Shown piece by piece: positions 1-8,463 of a DNA stretch of 44,568 nucleotides (positions are counted from its first letter, which is position 1; each line of letters begins with the position of its first letter). The position numbers and the translations under genes were made by a program. Source of the DNA: Longimicrobiales bacterium (GTDB lineage: Bacteria; Gemmatimonadota; Gemmatimonadetes; Longimicrobiales; Gaopeijiaceae); NCBI GenBank assembly GCA_965218295.1, contig CBDCKN010000016.1, positions 1 to 44,568 of the forward strand, read 5' to 3'. The notes beneath the pieces are model-generated. The model saw nothing but the letters and a program-made list of their open reading frames with translations, ran no database searches and was not told the origin of the DNA.

Positions 1-1064
1 TCTCCGTTCAGATAACGTCGTGCCGCTTCGTTCCCCGCATAGCTCAGCTTGCTCGCCAGCTCCTGTGCCCGGTGGTAGTCCGCTGCTGTCGCGGGATCCA
101 GGCCCGCCAAGGGGAACAACACGTCCCGCTCGAATTCGAACCTCTCCTCGCCGAGAAACGCCAACTCGATGCCGAAGTTGGCGCTGCCTTCGGCAATGAG
201 GGATTGGGGACTGAAGAGCGGATACACCGAGAACTCGGGCCACCCTCTTACGTTCACCAAATGATGCTCCAGCATCGCGTTGTACGTGTGGTGGCCCGGG
301 TATCCCTCATGACAGGCCAGATCGACGGCCCGGCCGATGAAGATAGGGAGGTCCGTGTTCAACTGGATCAGGCTGTGGAAGGCTCCCTGATACCAGTTGT
401 ATCCGCTCCACGATTTGTCCGTGACGTACTCCACGACGAAGCTCTCGCCCTCGGGTAGATCCATGTACTCCAGGGTCCGCTCCCGGCAGGCATCGATGGC
501 GGCCGAGAAGACCGCCCCCAGCAGATCGCTGGGGATCACGAATCGAGACCGGAAGGCGCTATAGCGCTCCGAGAGCGGGCCGCTACCGGGCAGGAGATCG
601 TCCATCGCCTCGAGTACCGACACGAAGTGCTCCTCGGAGTTGGTGGGGGCTTCGGCATCGTAGAGGGCGCGCGACTCCTCGTCGAAAGTCATGGTCAGGC
701 CGCCCAGCATGGCGACCCTCGCCGCCACCGATCGCAGCTGCGTGGTGAGGTAGGAGTGGCGGAGCCGCCCCAGCTCCTCGTCGCCCGGCTCGATGGACCC
801 GAGCTGCTTGAGCAGCAGCTCGGCGCGAGCGCCGATCTCCGACAGCGGCAGACCCTCCTCGGATGCCTGGTCACGCCACTCCGCAGGGCCGTAAAAGGCA
901 TCGACGTAGTCGCTGTCGTGCTCACCGACGGCCAAGACGAGCCTCACGTAAGACTCCGCTATCCCGTCCATCTGACTCGCGCCTTCCCGTTGGCTCGCAT
1001 CCTCAGGGCCGCACGCTGCTGCTGCCGCCACCATCGCGAGTGCCGCGATCTCCCATCGCTTCAT
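1..1064 (-). CDS. Secreted lipoprotein, DUF885-like zinc metallopeptidase fold (3' end runs off the window)
   Basis: Not in the ORF track. Manual translation gives MKRWEIAALAMVAAAAAC (lipobox), YVDAFYGP and SWSGYNWYQG...LNTDLPIFIGRAVDLACHEGYPGHHTYN (HExxPGHH motif). GGAG lies upstream of ATG 1064. Confidence 0.8.
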   Translation of the reverse strand, partial: MKRWEIAALAMVAAAAACGPEDASQREGASQMDGIAESYVRLVLAVGEHDSDYVDAFYGPAEWRDQASEEGLPLSEIGARAELLLKQLGSIEPGDEELGRLRHSYLTTQLRSVAARVAMLGGLTMTFDEESRALYDAEAPTNSEEHFVSVLEAMDDLLPGSGPLSERYSAFRSRFVIPSDLLGAVFSAAIDACRERTLEYMDLPEGESFVVEYVTDKSWSGYNWYQGAFHSLIQLNTDLPIFIGRAVDLACHEGYPGHHTYNAMLEHHLVNVRGWPEFSVYPLFSPQSLIAEGSANFGIELAFLGEERFEFERDVLFPLAGLDPATAADYHRAQELASKLSYAGNEAARRYLNG

Positions 1065-1312
1065 CCATGACTCCAAAATGCGGTAATCGGACTGTCCTAC
1101 TCCAGGATTCTACTTCGGCCGGCGCGGGGAGCAAGGAAGTGGCCGTCGCTCACCCAAAACGGGTGGGAATGGATCGATGGGCGACAGTCGGAGTTCTACC
1201 TGATTCGGTAGTGCGCCGCGGGATGGGATCACAGAGGTGAGGCAAGGGATTGGGGATGCAATGGCCACATGGGGTCGGCATCTGAAGGATCGCGATCGAT
1301 GAGGGACGAGCA

Positions 1313-1606
1313 ATGAGCCACAGCGGAGTCGAGTTGGTCTACTTCACGGGCTGTCCGAACGCCGATAAAGCGCGCGAAAACATCCGCAGCGCGCTCCGTG
1401 AGATCGGTCGAGCCGAGCACTGGGTCGAGTGGGACCTCGAGGACGGAGCGACGCCCGAGCGCTACCGATCATATGGGTCACCGACCGTGCTCGTGGGTGG
1501 AAAGGACGTCGTGTACGCCCAGGCGGCGGCCACCGGGCTCTCGTGCAGTGCGGATGGCGCCCCTTCGATGGGGCAGATCGTGACAGCGTTCGGCGGCGAC
1601 GAATAG
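1313..1606 (+). CDS. Small thioredoxin-like protein (type often found in mer operons; DUF2703-like)
   Basis: VELVYFTGCPN...YGSPTVLVGGKDV...SC; GAGGGA SD upstream. Confidence 0.7.
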   Translation: MSHSGVELVYFTGCPNADKARENIRSALREIGRAEHWVEWDLEDGATPERYRSYGSPTVLVGGKDVVYAQAAATGLSCSADGAPSMGQIVTAFGGDE

Positions 1607-1619
1607 GCGGCTCGACAGC

Positions 1620-2141
1620 TCAGTCCCGTTCGAACCTGCGCTCGCCCGCCGCCTTCTCCCTTCTTAAAGGTGCGGACCTGATTCGTCGCTCGGATCCAGA
1701 CCGCCGTTCGACGGAACCGGGGGAGAACTCACGATCTCGTTGGCTCTCGATCCACTCCCCGCCAGTGACTGTCCGGCGGTCCGGGTCCGAGCGGCCTGGG
1801 ATTCCAGCCCGAAGAAGCTCTCGACGGGAGGCGCTTCGGCCGGTGTGAAGGAAGATCGAGTCGACTTGACGACAAAGCCAGAGCGCCGGTGAGGGCGGAG
1901 GCCCACTGTCGAACGGATGACCCGCTCCCACGAGGCCTCCACCGGGGAGAGCGTCAGCCGAGGCCGCGTGGATGCCAAGGGTCCCGATCGCACCCCGCAC
2001 CCACCGAGACTCAGTCCCAAACCCGTCAACGCGCTTCTCCAAGTTTTTCCTTTTCCCCATGCCCTTACCGGTGAAAGACTGGATAAGCGGCTCGACGTTC
2101 GATCCGTAGCTCTGAGGGGGGCACATGAAGCTCTTGATCAA
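1620..2141 (-). CDS. Hypothetical protein with (D/E)RR repeats; start uncertain
   Basis: C-terminal DPDRR, VERRSGSERR, GERRFERD; the N-terminal half does not look coding. Confidence 0.25.
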   Translation of the reverse strand: MIKSFMCPPQSYGSNVEPLIQSFTGKGMGKRKNLEKRVDGFGTESRWVRGAIGTLGIHAASADALPGGGLVGAGHPFDSGPPPSPALWLCRQVDSIFLHTGRSASRRELLRAGIPGRSDPDRRTVTGGEWIESQRDREFSPGSVERRSGSERRIRSAPLRREKAAGERRFERD

Positions 2142-2651
2142 GCTTGGCTCTGGTGGCTGGTCTCGCCGGCCGCGGGGTACCTCGGCTGGGGCATGCTCCG
2201 CGGCTCCCAGTTCGGAATGAGTGGGACCGACCCGCTAGGCACGTTCGAGAAGATGGACACCTACATGGCGCAGGACGTGGGCTTGCTGAAGGAGAAGATC
2301 TCCAGGGTGTACGTCCCGGACATCAGACCCACGGCCGCCATGTACGAGTATACGAACCCGAGGAACAAGTACGAGAGCATCATCCTGCTACTGGATGAGG
2401 ACCACACCATTCAGGGGGTTATCGGCACCTACTACCAGGGCGACATGGGCTCCCGGTCGCCGGTGAAGCTATTCGTCCAGGGACTCTGGCGTCTCACCGG
2501 CGGTGCGCGGGAGCCTGTCTTCACCGAGCTCGAGGTAGGCCGCTATACGGTCCGCACAGCCGACTTCGTGAAAAGGGGTGTCCGAGGAGGCTGGGAGATC
2601 TATGAGGAGGAGGGGCAGAAGTCCGAGCGGATCTACCTCGACCTGGAATAG
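2125..2651 (+). CDS. Hypothetical membrane-anchored/secreted protein (two apparent 1-nt insertions near the 5' end)
   Basis: GAGGGGG SD plus ATG 2125. Removing two G residues gives MKLLIKLALVAGLAAAGYLGWGMLRG..., which joins the 1917..2651 frame. Confidence 0.6.
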
Positions 2652-3313
2652 GATTCGGCCACTTCGTACACGGCCTTGCTCTGAGTGGCGTTCATGCGGG
2701 CCAACGGCCGGCGCTCCAGCACCCACGCGACCGCTTCGCCGGCGCTGTGCACGTCACCGCGAGCCAACAGAAGAGAAGTAGCGACCAGTGCCGTCCGACC
2801 GTGGCCCTCCGCACAGTGGATGTAGACGTCGCCCGGCAGCTCCAGGATCTCGCGAGCTAGCTGCTCGAGGGCCGCCGGCGTGGAGCGGGACCCGTCCAGG
2901 ATCGGGAATGCCCGGTAGGTACGGCTCTGTCTGATGCGGGACGACTCGGGGAACTCGGCCGTCAGATCCACCACCGACTCGATCTCCTCCGGGTACTCAC
3001 CCGGGAGGAGCCGCCTCCCGATGGTGATTCCCTCGACGAGCTCGTTGAAGGGCGCTTCCCTTCGCACGGCGCGGCTCAAGTGCCACAGGAACCACGTCGG
3101 GAGGAGATAGGGAGCGAGAACGAGTACGTTCAGCAGTCTCATCCTCCCGTAGGAACTCTTCCCGAAGATGCGCGAACCGACCCCCGCGTAGCCCACGCCC
3201 ACGACTCCCAGGGCCAGGCTCCCCCACAGCAGGAGGACGGAGGTGGCGGCCCACGGGAAGGCGACGACGGCGAGACCGACGCTGCAGGCCAGGAAGAAGA
3301 CGGCGTACTTCAT
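2633..3313 (-). CDS. Membrane-anchored dual-specificity (CX5R) phosphatase, YnbD-like
   Basis: Three N-terminal hydrophobic helices; VVDLTAEF, PILD and YIHCAEGHGRT catalytic loop. Confidence 0.85.
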   Translation of the reverse strand: MKYAVFFLACSVGLAVVAFPWAATSVLLLWGSLALGVVGVGYAGVGSRIFGKSSYGRMRLLNVLVLAPYLLPTWFLWHLSRAVRREAPFNELVEGITIGRRLLPGEYPEEIESVVDLTAEFPESSRIRQSRTYRAFPILDGSRSTPAALEQLAREILELPGDVYIHCAEGHGRTALVATSLLLARGDVHSAGEAVAWVLERRPLARMNATQSKAVYEVAESYSRSR

Positions 3314-3370
3314 CCGACCCGGAGCCGTACCGGACGGCCGCCGCGGCGTTGGCTATCCATGTGGTAGCAG

Positions 3371-4452
3371 CTATCCATAGGGCGGGAACGCCCTCCGCGC
3401 CCCGTGCAGCAGCACCACGATGAGGAAGAAGAGGTTCCGAGGGACGATGCCGTAGACCGGCAGTCTGATGGGTCGGGTCGCGACGCCGGAACGCATCGTG
3501 GAATCGAGCTGTGCGGCGAGCCTCTCCATCCACGCCGTGGAGCGTGGCCACTCGATCAGCCGCTCGAGCCACTCCTCCGGAATTCCCTCTCTGCCCACGG
3601 AGGCTCCCACGATTCCCCCGACGATGGCCCCCGTTGAATCGGCATCACCACCACATTGGATCACCGCGCGCACGGCCGATCGAAAGTCACGCTGATTCGT
3701 GAGCCAGGCGTGGAGTGCCACCGGCACGGTATGACAGACGAAACCTGAAACGCCCTTTGAGAGCCCCAGGGATGCGGCGAACTCGGCGGTGCTCCGGCCG
3801 TCGTCTGCGGCCCGGACGACATCCACGATAAGGCCCTCCAGCTCGCCGTCCTGTCCATCGGTATGGGCGCGGAAGCGATCCAGGAACGCTTCTCCAGCAA
3901 CGACTTCACTTTGGCAGGCCATCTGAGCTGCCAGTGCAACGGCCAGCGCACCGGACTCGGCCCTGGCATCCGTGTGGGTGATCCGCGTCGACGAGCGGAC
4001 CAGGCGACTCAGCTTCTCACCATCAGCGACGGCAACCCCGATGATCGCTGCCCGCATCGCCGGACCGTTCCCAGCGGAGTGGACCCCGCTCCTCTCCGGG
4101 CTGACGCCGAGCCAGAGCTTGAGGACGGAGCGCAGCGTGGCGAACCCGATCCCTGCAGGCAGACCCAGGACCCAGAGACGGAATCCCCAGGCCAGCTGTC
4201 GCTCGAAGGCGTCGGGGTTCCCACCGGAGCCGATGAGGGACTGGGCCACTATGCACGTGTGCTCCGTGTCGTCGGAGACCATGCCACGCCCCAAAAAAAA
4301 GCGATGCCGATCGGGCGGACCCATGAGCCTCTCGGCCCGGCGACGAGACAGACCCTCGTACGGTAGCCCGATGGAGTCCCCGATGGCCGTGCCGAGTATG
4401 GAGCCGACGATGTGAGCTTCTGCCGTACGCCCTCTACGCTCGGGTGGGCCAC
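3371..4452 (-). CDS. ADP-ribosylglycohydrolase (ARH/DraG family); 5' start uncertain
   Basis: In-frame upstream HIVGSILGTAIGDSIGLPYEG, then SDDTEH, GNGPAMR, THTD and GGDADSTGAIVG. No in-frame start before these motifs; GTG 4452 would need a frameshift. Confidence 0.88.
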
Positions 4453-4479
4453 GCGAGCGTGCCTGGCCGCTGCCCGAAA

Positions 4480-4583
4480 TCAGCGGTTCGTCACCGCTCC
4501 ATCGTACGAGACCCCGATCATGGCGATGTCGAACTCGATGGGTCGTCGATCAAGGGTGCCCGCATGAAGGTGGCGGTCTCCAT
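4480..4583 (-). pseudogene. 5' remnant of an agmatinase/ureohydrolase gene
   Basis: METATFMRAPLIDDPS, then after a frameshift EFDIAMIGVSYDGAVTNR*; matches the typical agmatinase N-terminus (ATFMRxP...DIAxxGVPxDGxxTNRPG). Confidence 0.6.
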
Positions 4584-4590
4584 GTCCGAT

Positions 4591-5013
4591 TCAATAGACC
4601 TCCCAGACGCCGGGGCTGGCCAACTCGACGAGGTGATCGTCGGGATCGCGGAAGTAGAGGCTTAGGCCCCCGCGAGCCCATTCGATCTCGCTCTCGATCT
4701 CGATCCCCCGAGACACGAGGTGCTCACGCCAGGGAGGGAGCTGCTCAGCGTCCACCGCGAACGCAAAGTGGGCATGTCCGCTGCCGTCGTGTGGCGGTAT
4801 CCACTCGCCGGACGCGCCGACGCCGGACGCGGCGGCACCGCGCAGGAAGAGGAGCAAGATTGTTCCTCCGCCGGCGTCGAGGGCGTTGAGACGCTCCCCC
4901 GAGGTGAGGGAGCGTAGCCCAAGCACGTCGCGATAGAAAGCTCCGGCACGCGCCAGATCGTCGACGTAGAGCGCCGTCTCGAGAACGCGGCGGATGGGAG
5001 GGGGAGTGCTCAA
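4591..5013 (-). CDS. VOC/glyoxalase family protein
   Basis: VLETALYVDDLARAGAFY...PPHDGSGHAHFAF...SLYFRDPDDHLVELA. Confidence 0.9.
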   Translation of the reverse strand: MSTPPPIRRVLETALYVDDLARAGAFYRDVLGLRSLTSGERLNALDAGGGTILLLFLRGAAASGVGASGEWIPPHDGSGHAHFAFAVDAEQLPPWREHLVSRGIEIESEIEWARGGLSLYFRDPDDHLVELASPGVWEVY

Positions 5014-5184
5014 GGGTGTGACCTCGCAAGCTGCCCGACGTGTCAGCCGTGAAGCTGTGAGCGGGTAGGCGCGCCCGCAAGCAGGAGGGCGAGCCGGTCG
5101 CGGCCAAAAGATAATACGGTCAGCGGAGACGTGAGGCTGCGGGGGACCTGGGCCAGAAGCCAGGTGCGCTAGAGCGCGCGGTCG

Positions 5185-5604
5185 TTACGGCCGAGGCGCC
5201 TCGAGGGTCAGAGCCCAGGGGATGTCCGCGTCGGGGTTCCGGCGCCACTTCATGTCGCTCTGGTTCGGGAAGAAGATCGTGCCGCCTTCCTCCTGGGTGA
5301 GGTAGAAGCGGAACGAGTAGATCTCGTTCTCGTCTCCCCGGTACTCGATGGAGTAGAAGGGGAGGTCGTCTGGGATGATCTGCACCTCCTGAATGCGATG
5401 CACGGAGAAGGTATCGCCGCCCTGGAGGAGATAGAGATAATCTTCCGTGATCTCGAACGCCCGGTCCGCGTACGCCAGCGCGTCGGTGGTCCATCGGCCC
5501 GTCACGGCGGCGGGAGGAGTTTCGACGGTGTCGGACCCACACGCTGCCATGAGGATCGGGACGCATACGGTGGCCAGGGTTTTCCGAAGAGCGAGCATGA
5601 TCAT
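5185..5604 (-). CDS. Hypothetical lipoprotein (paralog 1)
   Basis: MIMLALRKTLATVCVPILMAAC lipobox; strongly similar to the adjacent paralog. Confidence 0.75.
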   Translation of the reverse strand: MIMLALRKTLATVCVPILMAACGSDTVETPPAAVTGRWTTDALAYADRAFEITEDYLYLLQGGDTFSVHRIQEVQIIPDDLPFYSIEYRGDENEIYSFRFYLTQEEGGTIFFPNQSDMKWRRNPDADIPWALTLEAPRP

Positions 5605-5608
5605 GTCG

Positions 5609-6028
5609 TCACGAGGCGTCCGTACTAGCGCGCGCGTCCGCCTTGTGGGCACGATGCCACATCAACTCCCTCTGGTTCGGGAAGTAGACGGTCCCGCCCT
5701 CCGCCTGACTGAGGTAGAAGCGGAAAGTGAAGAGCTCGTCTTCGTCACCCGTGTATTCGATGGAGTAGAACGGCAGGTCGTCGTGGCTCAACCGAACCCT
5801 CTCGATGTCGTGCGCGGAAATGGTGTCGCCACCCTGGAGCAGGTACAACCGCCCGGGCGTGATCTCGAACGCACGATTGGCGTAATCCGGGTGGGTGGTG
5901 CTCCACAGACCCGTGATCTCGTCAGGCGACGTCTTGAACGTCTCGATGCCACACCCGGAGAAAGCGAGCGGGACGCAGACGACGGTGAGCGCGACGCCCA
6001 GGCTCCTCAGTGGGGCGAGGATGGTCAA
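5609..6028 (-). CDS. Hypothetical lipoprotein (paralog 2)
   Basis: TTG start overlaps the HD-GYP stop (TTGA); lipobox LAFSGC; shares YAxRAFEIT..LYLLQGGDT...DDLPFYSIEYxGDE...FRFYL..EGGTxxFPNQ with paralog 1. Confidence 0.75.
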   Translation of the reverse strand: MTILAPLRSLGVALTVVCVPLAFSGCGIETFKTSPDEITGLWSTTHPDYANRAFEITPGRLYLLQGGDTISAHDIERVRLSHDDLPFYSIEYTGDEDELFTFRFYLSQAEGGTVYFPNQRELMWHRAHKADARASTDAS

Positions 6029-7758
6029 GTGCTCCCGAACCCGGCGGCGAGCCCGGCCCTGCTGGCCCCCACCGCCTGCATGGCACGGAGGGCAACCTCG
6101 CCCGAGCTCATGACCTCGACGAAAGCCTCCACGGCCTCCGGGTCGAACTGTGTTCCGGAGCACTCCACGATCACCTCGAGGCTTTCCTCGGCGTTTCGAC
6201 CGGGACGGTAGGGACGCTCGGACCGCAGGGCATCGAAGGTATCGGCGACGCACAGGATGCGCGCCAGGAAGGGGATGTCGGTGCCCCTCAGCCCTTCCGG
6301 ATATCCCAGCCCGTCGAATCGCTCGTGATGATAAAGAACGATGGGGAGCACGTCGGCCAGGGCGTTGAGGGGCTCCAGAATGCGCGCACCGATGGTGACA
6401 TGGTCCTTCATGGTCTGCATCTCTTCATCATTCAACGCCCCGTCCTTGTCGAGGATGTGCACGGGGATTCCGATCTTGCCGATGTCGTGGAGCAGGCCGC
6501 CCCGGTGCAGGCGTTCCAGCTCATCGTCCGGCAGACCTATGGTACGGGCGATCAGGACGGCCATCTGGGATACGCGCTCGGAGTGACCCGCCGTCCAGTG
6601 GGATTTGGCGTCGATGGTGCGGGCCAGCGTCGTGATGGTGCTCCAACTGAGGTCCTCGAGTTCGTCGAAGAGGGCTCCCACCTGTCGCGCCATGTCGTTG
6701 AAGGATCCGGCGAGCTCCTCGAACTCGTCCCCGCTGGAGATGTGGACCCGCGTGCTGAACTCCTTCGAAGCGATGCGGCGTGTCCCCTCTCGCAGCTTGG
6801 CCAGGGGCTCCATGCTCTGACGGATCCGGTGGGCGGCCACGAGCAGGACGAAGGCCAGGGTCCCCACCAGGAAGCCGATCAGGGTCCTGCGGAAGTCGCC
6901 CAGGGTGGCGAGCATGGCCTCTTCACTCTCTCCCACCACGATGGTCCAGTTGTCGGAGTTGAAGCTCCTGAGATAGACCCTCCGGTAGTGGCCCGTGTAT
7001 CTCCTGCCCCCGTTGATCCACGAAGTGGCTCCATGGACGGTGTCTTCTGGGATCAGAATGCCCTCCGGGGGACCGGCGGTCATCCACGAAGCGAGACCCC
7101 CCGCACAGTCGAGAGGCCGCATCAGGGGGTCGAGGATGCAGTAGCCCTTGTCGTCCTGGAAGTCGACCTCGGTCGTGGCGATGCTCGTGGCATAGACCTG
7201 GGCGGTGGACCAGAGGCTGTCGCCGATGACCCGTCCCCACAGGATGCCGTCCTCGATGTTGTCGGCGTCCCATGCCTTCACCATGAGGATCCGGAGCTCA
7301 CCCTCGTCGTCGCCGGGGACCACGGTGAGTGCCGTCTGCCCCAGGGTGACGTTGGCGCGAGCCACGGCGCTCAGCTCGGGGACTTCGGTAAGGGAGCCCA
7401 CCATGGGAACGGGCTCGGCCTCGATCTCCGGCACCAGGCTCACGTCACTGAGCCGCCGCAGGTCCTCCCGCCGCAGCGGTGTCTCGATCCTAGCCCTCCC
7501 GGCGGAGGCCAAGGGGTACGTGGACGCCGCCAGGAAGATCATCTCGCTCTCGATGGCCTGCACCCGCTCGATGACGCCCATGGCGGCGTCGGTGGCTCCC
7601 TGATTTAGGCGCTCGCGGCTCTGGCTCATGAGCTCGGCCCGGACTCTGGCGTACGAGAGCGCGGCCAGCGTAGCGGTGGGGATCAAGGCGCTGAGGAAGA
7701 AGAGTCCTACGATCTTCCGGCCCAGCTTGGTTCTGAAGTGCTCGACGGCGAAATTCAT
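6025..7758 (-). CDS. Membrane HD-GYP cyclic di-nucleotide phosphodiesterase with periplasmic sensor and HAMP domain
   Basis: Two TM helices, HAMP (PLAKLREGTRRIA...DEFEELAGSFNDMA), GHSERV, HDIGK, HHERFDGLGYPEGL, ADTFDAL, RPYR. Confidence 0.92.
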   Translation of the reverse strand: MNFAVEHFRTKLGRKIVGLFFLSALIPTATLAALSYARVRAELMSQSRERLNQGATDAAMGVIERVQAIESEMIFLAASTYPLASAGRARIETPLRREDLRRLSDVSLVPEIEAEPVPMVGSLTEVPELSAVARANVTLGQTALTVVPGDDEGELRILMVKAWDADNIEDGILWGRVIGDSLWSTAQVYATSIATTEVDFQDDKGYCILDPLMRPLDCAGGLASWMTAGPPEGILIPEDTVHGATSWINGGRRYTGHYRRVYLRSFNSDNWTIVVGESEEAMLATLGDFRRTLIGFLVGTLAFVLLVAAHRIRQSMEPLAKLREGTRRIASKEFSTRVHISSGDEFEELAGSFNDMARQVGALFDELEDLSWSTITTLARTIDAKSHWTAGHSERVSQMAVLIARTIGLPDDELERLHRGGLLHDIGKIGIPVHILDKDGALNDEEMQTMKDHVTIGARILEPLNALADVLPIVLYHHERFDGLGYPEGLRGTDIPFLARILCVADTFDALRSERPYRPGRNAEESLEVIVECSGTQFDPEAVEAFVEVMSSGEVALRAMQAVGASRAGLAAGFGST

Positions 7759-7785
7759 GCGTGAAGCTGTGGTACCGTGGTTGAA

Positions 7786-8295
7786 TCAGAAGTCTTCGGC
7801 CACACCGACGAATGCACCGTCCAGTGCCCGAAGTATGTCGTCCTGGCTCACCTTGGCAGAGAGTGGCTTCTTGCTCTCCCCGTCCAACCCCGTGCTGTAC
7901 AAGTCGTAGTCGCTGTTGAGCGGTACCAGGAACTTGTCTTTGCGACCTCCGGACGAGGCTCCCCCCCCTCCCGTGTCGAGGGCCAGGTAGACGTACGGAT
8001 TGCCCCACGGGTCCAGCAAAGTCGCCCGGCCGATGGCGGCCAGGCTCGCGGGCGAGGCGAAGTTGTCCTCGATGTAGATGGCGAGCTCGGACTCCATGAC
8101 CCGGATGTCGGCGATGGCGCGCACGTTCATGGCACGCTCCCGGGCCCGCTGGAAGGTAGGTGCGGTCAGCGATGCGAGCGTACCGACGATCACCGTGACG
8201 ATGAGGAGCTCGAGCAGGGTGAAGCCCTGGTAGAACTCCCTTCGCCCCCGGTGACGCCGGACTCGCTCACGCGACTGCGACCACGGGATTCTCAG
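7786..8295 (-). CDS. Prepilin-type N-terminal cleavage/methylation protein (GspG-like pseudopilin); start uncertain
   Basis: In-frame QG|FTLLELLIVTVIVGTLASL upstream of the tracked ORF; DPWGNPYVY and YDLYSTGLDG motifs. Only CTG 8295 is available as an in-frame start. Confidence 0.85.
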   Translation of the reverse strand: MRIPWSQSRERVRRHRGRREFYQGFTLLELLIVTVIVGTLASLTAPTFQRARERAMNVRAIADIRVMESELAIYIEDNFASPASLAAIGRATLLDPWGNPYVYLALDTGGGGASSGGRKDKFLVPLNSDYDLYSTGLDGESKKPLSAKVSQDDILRALDGAFVGVAEDF

Positions 8296-8303
8296 GGCCG
8301 GAT

Positions 8304-8452
8304 GCCTTTCATCAAATTTAGAGGAAGCACGCGCGGACTACCTGCGTGCGGATTTTCATCTCTGTGCGGATTTACGTAGATAAAAGTTACATCACGCTCA
8401 TGAAGAGATGAAAGGCCTTTGCGTCACCGGGAATCGCGAAATGCCTCGGTGA
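8304..8452 (-). promoter_or_regulatory. Putative structured 5' leader/regulatory region of the pilin operon
   Basis: 8404-8416 is complementary to both 8354-8363 and 8304-8313; direct repeat GTGCGGATTT at 8346 and 8364; AT-richer than its surroundings. Confidence 0.4.
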
Positions 8453-8463
8453 GGGGGCCCCTG

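Noticed and set aside
1141..1212. Hairpins in the 1065-1312 spacer as an ncRNA or riboswitch
   Set aside because: Short GC-rich stems with no recognisable family motif
6010..7608. Long antisense ORFs (also 8419-9687, 27718-28659, 29888-31153, 33345-34574)
   Set aside because: Shadow frames of well-supported opposite-strand genes, typical of high-GC DNA
8410..8455. Firm c-di-GMP-I riboswitch call
   Set aside because: Only the GACGCAAAG core matches; the P2 tetraloop and P3 are not recognisable, so it is kept as a finding only
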